NCBI GenBank assembly: GCA_964387275.1
Contig: CAYLVW010000001.1
Location: 355,508-419,507 of the forward strand
Direction of reading: 5' to 3'
DNA length: 64,000 nucleotides
Origin: an uncultured Candidatus Saccharibacteria bacterium
GTDB lineage: Bacteria > Patescibacteriota > WWE3 > UBA101185 > UBA10185
Below the pieces are notes generated by a model, which worked only from the letters and a program-made list of their open reading frames with translations, was not told the origin of the DNA and did no database searches. The position numbers and the translations under genes were made by a program. Of the stretch, positions 41,945 through 51,639 are shown piece by piece; position 1 is the first letter of the stretch, and each line of letters begins with the position of its first letter.

Positions 41945-42021
41945 GCCTCCATAGCTCAGCGGATTAGAGCACTTCGCTTCGGACGAAGGGGTCGGGAGTT
42001 CGAATCTCTCTGGAGGCGCCA
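41945..42021 (+). tRNA. tRNA-Arg(TCG)
   Basis: Anticodon arm cttcg-ctTCGga-cgaag; GCCA end. Confidence 0.93.
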
Positions 42022-42075
42022 AATAAAGATAAGGCACATCTTATGGATCTTAGCTACAATGCTATAATCTAACTC

Positions 42076-42870
42076 ATGGGTAATCCAACACCTATAAAAA
42101 TAATTAAGTCGGATGTTTCTGCAATTGAAGTCGCAAAATACTATTTAAAAGTAGAGCTTTCCAAACTATTCCCGAATATAAGACATGAGGAAATTGAAAA
42201 TAGTATAAACACACTTAAAGAATCCAAGATTCTACCATTATTAGAAGCCATATCGTTTACATACCACCTTAATGGAGTTTACTATAACATAACCAGGGAT
42301 GGGTATATCTGGAACGAAGAAGAGTGGGATGTTGAAAATTTAATCTATTTTGGTATGGATACAAATATCAACAAACTAATTAGTTCTTCAGAAATTGGGG
42401 GTAAAGCACCAAATTTAAGAGATTATCTACTAAACTACTTTAAAAATTTTCCAAACGACCCAGAAAATCTCTCCTCACTCAAACCTACAAACAAAAAAAT
42501 AGAATTTTCAAAACTTCTTCTAAGAGAAAAGGAAGGAAAAATTCTTACATTAGACGGATCTCACAGACTGACAGAGATGCTACTACAAGGATATAAAACT
42601 GTTCAAGCTTACGTGGCACATCCAATAGATAATAAAGTTAAAGATACAGATAGGAAAGTTGTTATTGGTTCCAGCACTTTTATACTTCTTACAATTCTTT
42701 ATAAAAATGGTTCTGAAACCGAAAGGTCTGCAGTTGAAACAATAGTAAAACAACTTATTGCAAGAAGTACAGACGGAATAGAACAAGTTCAAAAGTTTTG
42801 GATAGATAGACAAGAAGATGAAGAAATCAAGAATTCAGGTAAAAATATTCTAAGTCAACTTATCGGATAA
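42076..42870 (+). CDS. Hypothetical protein with ParB/Srx-like motif
   Basis: ILTLDGSHRL resembles the ParB/Srx DGxHR motif. Confidence 0.55.
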   Translation: MGNPTPIKIIKSDVSAIEVAKYYLKVELSKLFPNIRHEEIENSINTLKESKILPLLEAISFTYHLNGVYYNITRDGYIWNEEEWDVENLIYFGMDTNINKLISSSEIGGKAPNLRDYLLNYFKNFPNDPENLSSLKPTNKKIEFSKLLLREKEGKILTLDGSHRLTEMLLQGYKTVQAYVAHPIDNKVKDTDRKVVIGSSTFILLTILYKNGSETERSAVETIVKQLIARSTDGIEQVQKFWIDRQEDEEIKNSGKNILSQLIG

Positions 42871-42989
42871 AGTTACCATAGTAAAAAACCCGAACACTAC
42901 GACCTTCAACTATAGCAACTCCACATATAGGATCTTAATAGAACTAATAATCTAGTTACTTCCAAAGTAAATGGGAATATAATCAGAGC

Positions 42990-43202
42990 ATGTCAAAAAT
43001 ATACAAAGTAGAAACTATATCTGAAAGTGGGCTTAGTACTATACTACTAAATTCCGGTTCAATACCTGAGAAAAAAGTCGAGGCTACGTTAAACTCCTAC
43101 TCAAAGGACGGGTGGGAATTAGAATTTATGGTTGTAGAAAGAAGAAGATACTTACTACTCTGGACTAGGGAAACTGTAATTATCACACTCTCAAAAGCTT
43201 AA
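42990..43202 (+). CDS. DUF4177-like small protein
   Basis: YKVE...LN.YSKDGWEL. Confidence 0.7.
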   Translation: MSKIYKVETISESGLSTILLNSGSIPEKKVEATLNSYSKDGWELEFMVVERRRYLLLWTRETVIITLSKA

Positions 43203-43265
43203 TAGAATAAGCTTTCACAACTTACAAAATCTATAGTACAATGCTCATTAGGAGATGGAGGGAAA

Positions 43266-44216
43266 ATGAACAAACCTCGTACATTCTGGAGCAGACTTAC
43301 CTATGCAATAGCTGATTTGACTATTTTTAATTTGATTGCAGCGTCAGTTTTCTACGCAGGAGCTGACGGATGGCTATTTGGATTAAAGATCGTCGTTTTC
43401 ATATCTGGTTTAGCTTATGGTTTTCTGGGATTCCTTATAACTTTGGACGATAAGAAAGATGTCCATGGTAACAAGATTGAGCAGACAGGGTGGGAAAGAT
43501 TTGGGTATTTAACTGTGACTATAGGATTTGCTCTTATGGCTATAGCATCCGTCGTAGTATTTGCCCCAATGTTAGTAACATATGCCAATCCGAGCGGTAC
43601 CATTGTAACTGCTATATCCGTACTAGTTGTGATCAGAAATATTCTAATTCTTGGGGGCTATTCTATTGTAGCAATTGAAGAGCTTAAAAGAGAAACATCT
43701 ACAGAAACTTTATCTGACTTGTGGAAAACACTCGATGCTAATAAGAATCAAAAACAGGGGTTTGCTTTTGTGGTTATATATGTAGTGGGAATTGCACTTT
43801 CTGTGGTTATTGCTATGGCTGCCAACTCTGAACAAAAACCTATGTATACAGGGGCTATGCCCAGATGGGAAGTTCTTTCTGAGGTAGACGAACCTAACAA
43901 CAGGAAGGTGGAGCTTGACGAAGGACTTGAGCTTGTTACTCCTGCCGGATACAGACTAACCGTATTGGATATCGGCGTTGGGAAATGCAATATTAGTGGA
44001 TATGGGGGTCTGGATACTAGACAAAAGGTATTTGTTATTGCAGCTCATAATCTGTATGGGAATTATACTGTTTCTACTATTTGTATTGATCCTGATGTTA
44101 TGGGAACTTACAGGGATGCAGAAAACACAATTACAGTAAGTCACGAGAGAGTGGCTTTTGACACAACTCGGCTTTATATTATGCTTGGTGATACCTGGTC
44201 CGTAGTCGAAAAGTAG
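43266..44216 (+). CDS. Hypothetical membrane protein (SD-led)
   Basis: About 5 TM helices plus soluble C-terminus; aggag/ggagg SD. Confidence 0.7.
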   Translation: MNKPRTFWSRLTYAIADLTIFNLIAASVFYAGADGWLFGLKIVVFISGLAYGFLGFLITLDDKKDVHGNKIEQTGWERFGYLTVTIGFALMAIASVVVFAPMLVTYANPSGTIVTAISVLVVIRNILILGGYSIVAIEELKRETSTETLSDLWKTLDANKNQKQGFAFVVIYVVGIALSVVIAMAANSEQKPMYTGAMPRWEVLSEVDEPNNRKVELDEGLELVTPAGYRLTVLDIGVGKCNISGYGGLDTRQKVFVIAAHNLYGNYTVSTICIDPDVMGTYRDAENTITVSHERVAFDTTRLYIMLGDTWSVVEK

Positions 44217-44224
44217 CATTTAAT

Positions 44225-44259
44225 GCACTTGAGATCTCACAAATTTCAAGTGCTTTTTT
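44225..44259 (+). terminator. Intrinsic terminator
   Basis: gcacttgaga / tttcaagtgc plus T6. Confidence 0.75.
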
Positions 44260-44330
44260 ATACCATAAATAACCTATAATATTGTAATACTTGCTTAAAA
44301 ATGTTAAATTCTCAGTAGAGGGAGTGAAAA

Positions 44331-44636
44331 ATGCTCGATGTTTCCAGCTGGGACAACCTACCTATTACTGTAACAGGTGATAACGGTGTAGATACCAGAG
44401 GAAAAAGTGTAGTTGAACATAATAGATTGTATATACTCACAAGTATTGATTATGGAGACAATCCACAGCTTACAATTACGCATGCGGCTAGTAGAAAAAC
44501 ACACAGAGTTGCAACAAAAACTGTGAGGGTAAAAGATAAAGTAACACCTAAGCTTATTTTTAGGACTTCTAGAAATGCTATTTATTTTTATGAAGTAACT
44601 CAGGAGGTACTTTATCAAGCAGATGAGGGTGAGTAA
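44331..44636 (+). CDS. Hypothetical protein (SD-led)
   Basis: gaggga SD; stop overlaps the next start. Confidence 0.6.
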   Translation: MLDVSSWDNLPITVTGDNGVDTRGKSVVEHNRLYILTSIDYGDNPQLTITHAASRKTHRVATKTVRVKDKVTPKLIFRTSRNAIYFYEVTQEVLYQADEGE

Positions 44637-44965
44637 TGCCGAGGTATCCCAATAAGTTTCAATTAGGATATTGGCATAATAAACAAGTAACAGTTACCAG
44701 ATATAGAGATACCGGTATTTTCGAATTTAAAGCGGTCGTAGCTAACTTTAAGGGACAGTTGTACTTAGGTACTAAAACTACCCTTGCGAACTTAGGTACT
44801 TGGGTAACCTTAATAGACGCAAACAATAAGGAGATGTCGCTTGATGCTGTTTTAATGCCAAATGGCTCTGATGTATATCTAATTCAGGCAGCTGTAGAAC
44901 AAGACACTCTGGCAGGTATAAGGTTTTGGTTTAGGTTGGATCTGAATTTAGCGATTACTGTTTAA
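44636..44965 (+). CDS. Hypothetical protein
   Basis: taatg overlap with upstream gene; followed by a terminator. Confidence 0.6.
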   Translation: MPRYPNKFQLGYWHNKQVTVTRYRDTGIFEFKAVVANFKGQLYLGTKTTLANLGTWVTLIDANNKEMSLDAVLMPNGSDVYLIQAAVEQDTLAGIRFWFRLDLNLAITV

Positions 44966-44976
44966 CAGTTCTTAAC

Positions 44977-45018
44977 TGGCCGACCTTTCTCAGGATGAGG
45001 AAATCGGCCATTTTTTTT
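44977..45018 (+). terminator. Intrinsic terminator
   Basis: tggccga..ctca / tgag..tcggcca plus T8. Confidence 0.8.
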
Positions 45019-45042
45019 GATATAATCTTGAGCGTTAGTTGA

Positions 45043-45117
45043 GGGGACGTAGCTCAGCGGTAGAGCAGGGGACTCTTAATCCCTTGGTCCTGGGTTCGAT
45101 TCCCAGCGTCCTCACCA
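45043..45117 (+). tRNA. tRNA-Lys(CTT)
   Basis: Anticodon loop ctCTTaa; ACCA end. Confidence 0.95.
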
Positions 45118-45264
45118 GCAAAGTTTCCATATTATTAGAAATATAACAATTTAGACTAAGGTTCATGTTAAACCAGATAAGTACTATTTATAGTAAACTG
45201 CATTTTACTCCAAGGGTTAGTATGATATATTCTTACTTAATCTAGCATAGAAAGGTGATTCGGA

Positions 45265-46284
45265 ATGAGACCGTCAAGTGGTATCGAAGCATTGAGGAAA
45301 GGGTTAGTTTTAGCTAAAGACCTTACCATCTTAGCCAGAAGCGTAATGAGTGGAGCTCCTTATTCAACGTGTCTGGAATTTACCAATCTTTGTCCCATTG
45401 GATGTAATTGTATCTGGAGACGGCGGGGTGTCCCGGAAAGTCAGATGACTGATGAGGAAGTTTTGACATTCCTATATGAGCAAAGAAAAGCAGGGGTGGT
45501 ACATATAGTTCTATCCGGCGGTGAACCGTATGTTCGTTCTAAGCTCTTAAAGAGAGTTTTGCGAGAGCGTATCGTAAAAGCATACTGGGTAGTAACTTCG
45601 GGTGTTATACCTATGCATACAGGTCTTGAAGGTGTAATGCATTTTGTATCAATAGATGGCTTGAACCAGACTCATGATACTGTACGTAAAAGCCCTGGAT
45701 TGTTTAATAAGCTGTGGCAAAATCTTACGCACGCGCGTGCTACTAGAGAATTTCCAGTTATGGCCCACATGACAATCAACCAATTGAACATGTTGGAGGT
45801 TGATGATGTTTGTAGACTGCTTACTGAAACAGATATTACTGATGGGTTAGTTTGTAGTACCTTTACACCATCAAAGGCTAATCAAGAAACTGGACTTGTC
45901 TTAACAGATAAGATGCGGGCTGACATTGTAGAAATGCTACTCCAAACCAAAATGAGGTTTGGGGAACGTTTAGTGATGTCTAAGGCAGCAATAGAGAGGC
46001 TACATCCAGACGCAACCGCACTCCAAACTCCACAAAACTGTCTGGTAGCAAAATACTCGCGTTGCTATAACTCCAAGGGAGAGAGAATCCCAATATGTGT
46101 AATTATGCAGGGTGAGTATGTTCAGCAAATCGATAAAAACGGAAAACCACAACAAGTTTTCGTCCAACATGTGGACTGTAAGGATTGCGGTACTATTGTT
46201 AACACTATGCTAAATTCAGCAGTTAATGGAATCTTGCCTGACCTAGAAACAATCTTTGGACTTGCACAAACATTAGCTGTCTAG
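45265..46284 (+). CDS. Radical SAM protein with variant CxxxCxC motif
   Basis: TNLCPIGCNC, SGGEP, VSIDG...HD.VR, C-terminal Cys cluster (C..C..C..CKDC). Confidence 0.75.
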   Translation: MRPSSGIEALRKGLVLAKDLTILARSVMSGAPYSTCLEFTNLCPIGCNCIWRRRGVPESQMTDEEVLTFLYEQRKAGVVHIVLSGGEPYVRSKLLKRVLRERIVKAYWVVTSGVIPMHTGLEGVMHFVSIDGLNQTHDTVRKSPGLFNKLWQNLTHARATREFPVMAHMTINQLNMLEVDDVCRLLTETDITDGLVCSTFTPSKANQETGLVLTDKMRADIVEMLLQTKMRFGERLVMSKAAIERLHPDATALQTPQNCLVAKYSRCYNSKGERIPICVIMQGEYVQQIDKNGKPQQVFVQHVDCKDCGTIVNTMLNSAVNGILPDLETIFGLAQTLAV

Positions 46285-46316
46285 GAAGCCTGACGATTAA
46301 AAAGTAACACCTACGT

Positions 46317-46358
46317 AAGTTCGTACGTACAAAAATTGTCGTACGAACTTTTTCTTTT
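46317..46358 (+). terminator. Intrinsic terminator
   Basis: aagttcgtacg / cgtacgaactt plus T-rich tail. Confidence 0.75.
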
Positions 46359-46588
46359 ATTAAAATCCCATTACTATGGTTTATTTACCTTTAAATAATA
46401 TTCGAACTATCAATCGGAAAAAATGTAAAACACTCTATTACAATATTTATACATGAGAAGTCTCTGTATTGTATACCTAAAATAACTACTACCAAGCAGA
46501 CTGTAATTCCTCAAACAAAATACCATTAAATATAACTAGTTTGATATTTGTGCAAAATTTTGTATTATATAGATAATTATAAATACAT

Positions 46589-46999
46589 ATGCAGAAAATA
46601 ACTGTACAAACAACCGTAAAAGCACCTATAAAAAAAGTCTGGCAATATTTCAATGGTATAGAACACTACTCGGGGTGGTCTTTTGCTTCCAATGATTGGG
46701 GAGCAAAAGGAATTGAAAATGATCTAAGGGTTGGGGGAAGGCTTAGAGTACATAACTTTGCAAAGGATAGCAGTGCAGATTTTATTTTTGAGGGGGTGTA
46801 TAAGGAAATCCAGGAAAACAAATTAATAGATTTTGATATGACTGATGATAGAAATGTTTGTGTAGAGTTTACAGAAGTTGCGGATGGAGTTTTAGTAACT
46901 GAAACTTTTGATGCAGAGACTGAAAATTCTGAGGAATTACAAAGATCAGGATGGCAGGCATATTTAGATAACTTTAAAAAATACGTTGAATCTAACTAA
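46589..46999 (+). CDS. SRPBCC/AHSA1 family protein
   Basis: APIKKVW, DLRVGG, ETFDAE, QRSGWQAYLDNFKKYVE. Confidence 0.85.
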   Translation: MQKITVQTTVKAPIKKVWQYFNGIEHYSGWSFASNDWGAKGIENDLRVGGRLRVHNFAKDSSADFIFEGVYKEIQENKLIDFDMTDDRNVCVEFTEVADGVLVTETFDAETENSEELQRSGWQAYLDNFKKYVESN

Positions 47000-47096
47000 A
47001 TATAGACAGCATGATAACTAGTAGAAACTATAACTTAAAATACGTCTAGATCTTTCTATAGTAATAATGAGTATTTAAAAACAAAAGATAATAATC

Positions 47097-48683
47097 ATGA
47101 AAAAATTAATAAAAATCTTTGTAATCATTGTAGTATTTATACTAATACCAGTTGTTTTATATCTTCTTACTAAAAACACTGCTATCAAAGATACCGAGCA
47201 TGCAAACACAACTGGGAGCAAAGTACAACCTCAAGAAATAGTTAATTTAAATAACGGAGATACATATTTAATAAACGCTAAGTTCATAGAAAAGGAGCTG
47301 AACGGTAATAAAGTCAGGATGCTAGGATATAATGGATCTATCCCTGGACCTTTAATCAAAGTAAAACAAGGTTCAGAAATTATTCTTGAGTTAAAAAATG
47401 AATTAGATGTACCAACAACACTACACTCTCACGGAGTTAGACTTGAAAACAAATATGATGGTGTTCCAAAAGTTACACAAGAAGAAATTAAACCCGGTGA
47501 AACTTTCAGCTATAAAGTTAAATTTCCAGACCAAGGTCTTTTCTGGTACCACCCACACATAAGAGAGGATTATACCCAAGAAATGGGACTCTATGGGAAT
47601 TTTTTAGTAGAGCCTAACAACAAAGAAGAGTGGAATCCTGTAAACTCCGAAAAAATACTGTTTGTAGACGACATTTCACTTACGCTAAATGGAATAGAAA
47701 CTTTTGATAACGAAACTGCAAATTATGTACTAATGGGTAGATTTGGAAACACTCTACTTGTAAATGGAGATACAAAATATTCTGATAATGTTAATTTTGG
47801 TGATGTTGTAAGGTACTACGCATCTAATTCAGCCAATACCCGGGTATTTAATCTATCAATCCAAGGAGCAAGAATAAAACTTGTTGGCTCAGATAATGGC
47901 AAATACGAGAAAGAAGAATTTGTGGAGTCTATTATCCTAGGACCATCAGAAAGAGTCATATTTGAAGTTTATTTTGATAAACCAGGCAACTACACACTAT
48001 TACATAATACTCCGGAAAAAGAGTATATATTAGGAGTTATCAGCGTCAGTGACAAAGTCACTGACGCAAACTATTCAAAAGAATTCTTTGAAATTAAATA
48101 CAATAAAGAGCTAACAGATTATAGAACTAATCTTTCAAACTACATAAATATTGCACCAGATAAATCAGTTGAGATATCTTTAGAAATGAAAAGTGCATCC
48201 GGAATGATGGGAGGGGAGGGTATGCATATGATGCCTGACGGGTCATTAATGGGAAATAATACTATGAATAGTGTACAAACCTACGGAAAAATTGAATGGG
48301 AGGACACCATGCCCATGATGAATGCTGCCTCTACAACCAAAACCGTAAAGTGGGAACTTATAGATACTATAACTGAAAAAACTAATCATGATATCAATTG
48401 GACTTTTAGCAAAGATGAACTAATTAAGTTAAGAATATTTAATAGTGATAAATCCCAACATCCCATGCAACACCCATTTCACATTCATGGTCAAAGGTTT
48501 ATTGTATTAGCAACAAACGGTGAACCAACAAGTAATTTAGCGTGGAAAGACTCTGCACTAATTCAAACTGGGGACACTGTAGATCTGCTTGTAGAAATGA
48601 CTAACCCAGGAACCTGGATGTTTCATTGTCACATACCCGAACATTTAGAAAGTGGAATGATGGGGAACTTTCAAGTCTTATAG
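47097..48683 (+). CDS. Multicopper oxidase
   Basis: HSHG, WYHPH, HPFHIHG, HCHIPEHLESGM; Met-rich insert. Confidence 0.93.
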   Translation: MKKLIKIFVIIVVFILIPVVLYLLTKNTAIKDTEHANTTGSKVQPQEIVNLNNGDTYLINAKFIEKELNGNKVRMLGYNGSIPGPLIKVKQGSEIILELKNELDVPTTLHSHGVRLENKYDGVPKVTQEEIKPGETFSYKVKFPDQGLFWYHPHIREDYTQEMGLYGNFLVEPNNKEEWNPVNSEKILFVDDISLTLNGIETFDNETANYVLMGRFGNTLLVNGDTKYSDNVNFGDVVRYYASNSANTRVFNLSIQGARIKLVGSDNGKYEKEEFVESIILGPSERVIFEVYFDKPGNYTLLHNTPEKEYILGVISVSDKVTDANYSKEFFEIKYNKELTDYRTNLSNYINIAPDKSVEISLEMKSASGMMGGEGMHMMPDGSLMGNNTMNSVQTYGKIEWEDTMPMMNAASTTKTVKWELIDTITEKTNHDINWTFSKDELIKLRIFNSDKSQHPMQHPFHIHGQRFIVLATNGEPTSNLAWKDSALIQTGDTVDLLVEMTNPGTWMFHCHIPEHLESGMMGNFQVL

Positions 48684-48790
48684 ACTTTTACATAAGTATA
48701 CACATATTCACAAGTCAACTCAGACAAGTCAAGTAAGACCTGGTAAAACTGACAACTTGAATCTGATACTTATGATTTAGCTTTATATGT

Positions 48791-48825
48791 AAAACCTAAC
48801 ACCCAAAAGAGTAGAGTGTTAGGTT
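48791..48825 (-). terminator. Probable terminator for the 48836-49411 gene
   Basis: aacctaacac / gtgttaggtt inverted repeat. Confidence 0.55.
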
Positions 48826-48835
48826 CAAGAAAGTT

Positions 48836-49411
48836 TTAAGTTATGATGTCTTCTGGAAACCTCAGATGGAAAACAAATACACCATCGCTTAATACATAAA
48901 TAGTACCGTGCTTAAAAGAAACCCTCTTAGCATAAGGTCTTGTTTCGCTCTGAGCTATACACAACTCAACATAAGTAGGACCAACTAAATACTCCTTAAT
49001 TCCTTTACGAACTGCTAAAATCTCATGAAAATCAAAACCTAGTGTTCGTAATGCAGGTACAAGAGCAACTGCTTTGTATATAGAAATGCCTGTAAGATTC
49101 AGTAGTATATGCGTACGTTTGTAGCAAACCACCTCAAAAACAGAATTTCCTTCAGTAAATCTACAGTACACAGTATCACTTAGTTTATTCCATTCTGGTA
49201 CGGAAGAAGTAGGCTTTCTGCGGTATAAATGAACGCTCAAAGGTCTTCTATATTCCCAATAATTATCGAAAATTTGTTGACCTAGTAAATTGCTAACTCT
49301 ACTTCTCTCACTATCAACTAGACCATAATCTGTGAAATCAAACAGAGTATGGTAATGTCCAGAATCAAAATCTGAAGCCTGCCCAGAATTAAATTGGAGT
49401 CTTGTGGCCAT
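48836..49411 (-). CDS. Hypothetical protein (SD-led)
   Basis: gaggagagg SD; 191-aa ORF. Confidence 0.65.
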   Translation of the reverse strand: MATRLQFNSGQASDFDSGHYHTLFDFTDYGLVDSERSRVSNLLGQQIFDNYWEYRRPLSVHLYRRKPTSSVPEWNKLSDTVYCRFTEGNSVFEVVCYKRTHILLNLTGISIYKAVALVPALRTLGFDFHEILAVRKGIKEYLVGPTYVELCIAQSETRPYAKRVSFKHGTIYVLSDGVFVFHLRFPEDIIT

Positions 49412-49758
49412 CTGCCTCTCCCTCTTGGTAGTTATTCTTTATATGTCAAGGAATGTAAACACTCTCTGGTTATGTATGGCGTGTAAAACTTACCCGTGGC
49501 ATCTACATGTACATTAAGATATAACTTAAACCAACAGAGTTAAAATACTTGATTAATCTATAAATATCAAGTCAAAACTGTGTAACTGATCTACAGTATG
49601 GTATAATATATCGATTTTGAATTGCCCGCTTTTAACAAAAATTAGGCAGAAAATCCTCAACATTGATCATTGCCCAATAATGATTAAGCTACCACTTAGG
49701 TGGTATGAGCAGATGATAGCTCACGCAAGTATGCGTTTAGGTAAAGTTTTTAGAAATT

Positions 49759-51570
49759 ATGGAACTAAGAAATATAGCTATAATTGCACACGTTGACCAT
49801 GGTAAAACCACCCTCGTAGATGGTTTATTAAAGCAATCAAAAACTTTCAGAGACAATGAAACTTTTATGTCTCAGGATTTAATAATGGACTCAAACGACC
49901 AAGAAAGAGAAAGAGGTATTACAATTTTGGCTAAAAATACAGCTGTAATGTATAAGGGAGTAAAAATTAATATAATTGATACCCCAGGTCACGCTGATTT
50001 CGGAGGAGAAGTTGAGAGAACACTTAACATGGCTGACGGTGCTCTACTTTTAGTAGACGCTCAGGAAGGCCCCATGCCTCAAACTAAATTTGTATTGGGC
50101 AAAGCTTTAGAACTTGGACTTAAAGTAATCGTAATAGTTAATAAAATCGACAAAAAAGATGCAAGAACTCAAGACACACTAAAAAAAGTCCAAGACTTAA
50201 TACTGGAACTAGCAACACATGAAGACCACTTAGATGCCCCGGTACTATATGCGATTGGTAGGGAAGAAAAAGCATGGGCAGAACATCCGGAAAACTTTGC
50301 ACAAGAAGCAGATTTATCTCCTATATTTGAAGCAATTCTAAAACATATACCGGCCCCAAAAACAGATAATGAATCTTCATTTCAAATGCTTGTTTCCTCA
50401 CTTGATTGGGATAACTACAAAGGTAAGTATGCAATAGGAAGGATTAAGAGAGGTAAAGCAATTATAGGAGCAAAAGTAGCACTAATTAAAGCAGACGGTT
50501 CTATAGAACAAGCATCCATTGAGAAAATTTTTGTAAGCCAAGGACTAAAAAGAATAGAAGCAGAAGAAGGAGTTTCAGGAGATATTATCGCTCTAACGGG
50601 AATAAAAAATGCGGGTATTGGAGATACAATTTGTGATTTTAACAACCAAGAAGCACTACCTACAATCAGAATCGACGAACCAACTCTGAGTATGTATATA
50701 GGACCTAATACGTCACCATTTATGGGTAAAGAAGGGAAGTTTTTAACAGGAAGGCAGATTCTTGAAAGAATAGAAAAAGAATTACAAACAAATGTAGCAA
50801 TGAGATTCAAAGTAGATGAAGAAGGCAAATACATAGTATCTGGTAGGGGTGAGCTGCATCTTTCAGTTTTTTTGGAAACTCTAAGACGAGAGGGCTACGA
50901 ATTAGAGGTAGGAAAACCAAAAGTTATTACCAAAATAGTAGATGGTAAAGAACTAGATCCAGTAGAAGAACTAACAATAGATGTGGAAAATGAGTACGTT
51001 GGAGCAATAAAAGGTGAAATTGGGAAGAGAAGGGGAGTACTGCTCTCTCAAGAAGAAATCACAAGTATTAGTACACGAATGGTTTTTGATATACCTACAA
51101 AATCAATCTTAGGTCTTAGAAGCACATTACTCACCCTGTCAAAGGGTACTGCAGTGATGAGTACTATCTTTTCAAGATATGAAAAAATCGGTGGCGAATT
51201 TCAAAAGCTTAGAAGAGGGGTTTTGGTAGCTTCTGATACAGGCAAATCTACTGCATACGGCCTAACAACAGCACAAGACAAAGGACCCGTATTTATAGGA
51301 CCCCAAATACCGGTATATGAAGGGATGATAGTAGGAATAAATGGCCGCGATGACGATTTGGAAATCAATGTCTGTAGGGAAAAACAACTGACAAACAATA
51401 GATCTGTAGGAGAAGATGGAATAATACTCACTCCCCCAATAATTATGAGTTTGGAACAAAGCATCGGTTTTCTTGAAGACGACGAGTTATTAGAAATAAC
51501 CCCCTCTACACTAAGACTAAGAAAAAAAATTCTCGAAAAAACTGCAAGATACAGAGCATCTAGAAAATAA
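49759..51570 (+). CDS. typA: Translational GTPase TypA/BipA
   Basis: RNIAIIAHVDHGKTTLVD, ERERGITILAK, DTPGHADFGGEVER, GRGELHL. Confidence 0.97.
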   Translation: MELRNIAIIAHVDHGKTTLVDGLLKQSKTFRDNETFMSQDLIMDSNDQERERGITILAKNTAVMYKGVKINIIDTPGHADFGGEVERTLNMADGALLLVDAQEGPMPQTKFVLGKALELGLKVIVIVNKIDKKDARTQDTLKKVQDLILELATHEDHLDAPVLYAIGREEKAWAEHPENFAQEADLSPIFEAILKHIPAPKTDNESSFQMLVSSLDWDNYKGKYAIGRIKRGKAIIGAKVALIKADGSIEQASIEKIFVSQGLKRIEAEEGVSGDIIALTGIKNAGIGDTICDFNNQEALPTIRIDEPTLSMYIGPNTSPFMGKEGKFLTGRQILERIEKELQTNVAMRFKVDEEGKYIVSGRGELHLSVFLETLRREGYELEVGKPKVITKIVDGKELDPVEELTIDVENEYVGAIKGEIGKRRGVLLSQEEITSISTRMVFDIPTKSILGLRSTLLTLSKGTAVMSTIFSRYEKIGGEFQKLRRGVLVASDTGKSTAYGLTTAQDKGPVFIGPQIPVYEGMIVGINGRDDDLEINVCREKQLTNNRSVGEDGIILTPPIIMSLEQSIGFLEDDELLEITPSTLRLRKKILEKTARYRASRK

Positions 51571-51639
51571 ACCAAACTTACTAAAGCAAATCCAAAGCAT
51601 TAAAACGATAAATTACAACTATTCTGGTATATTAATAGC

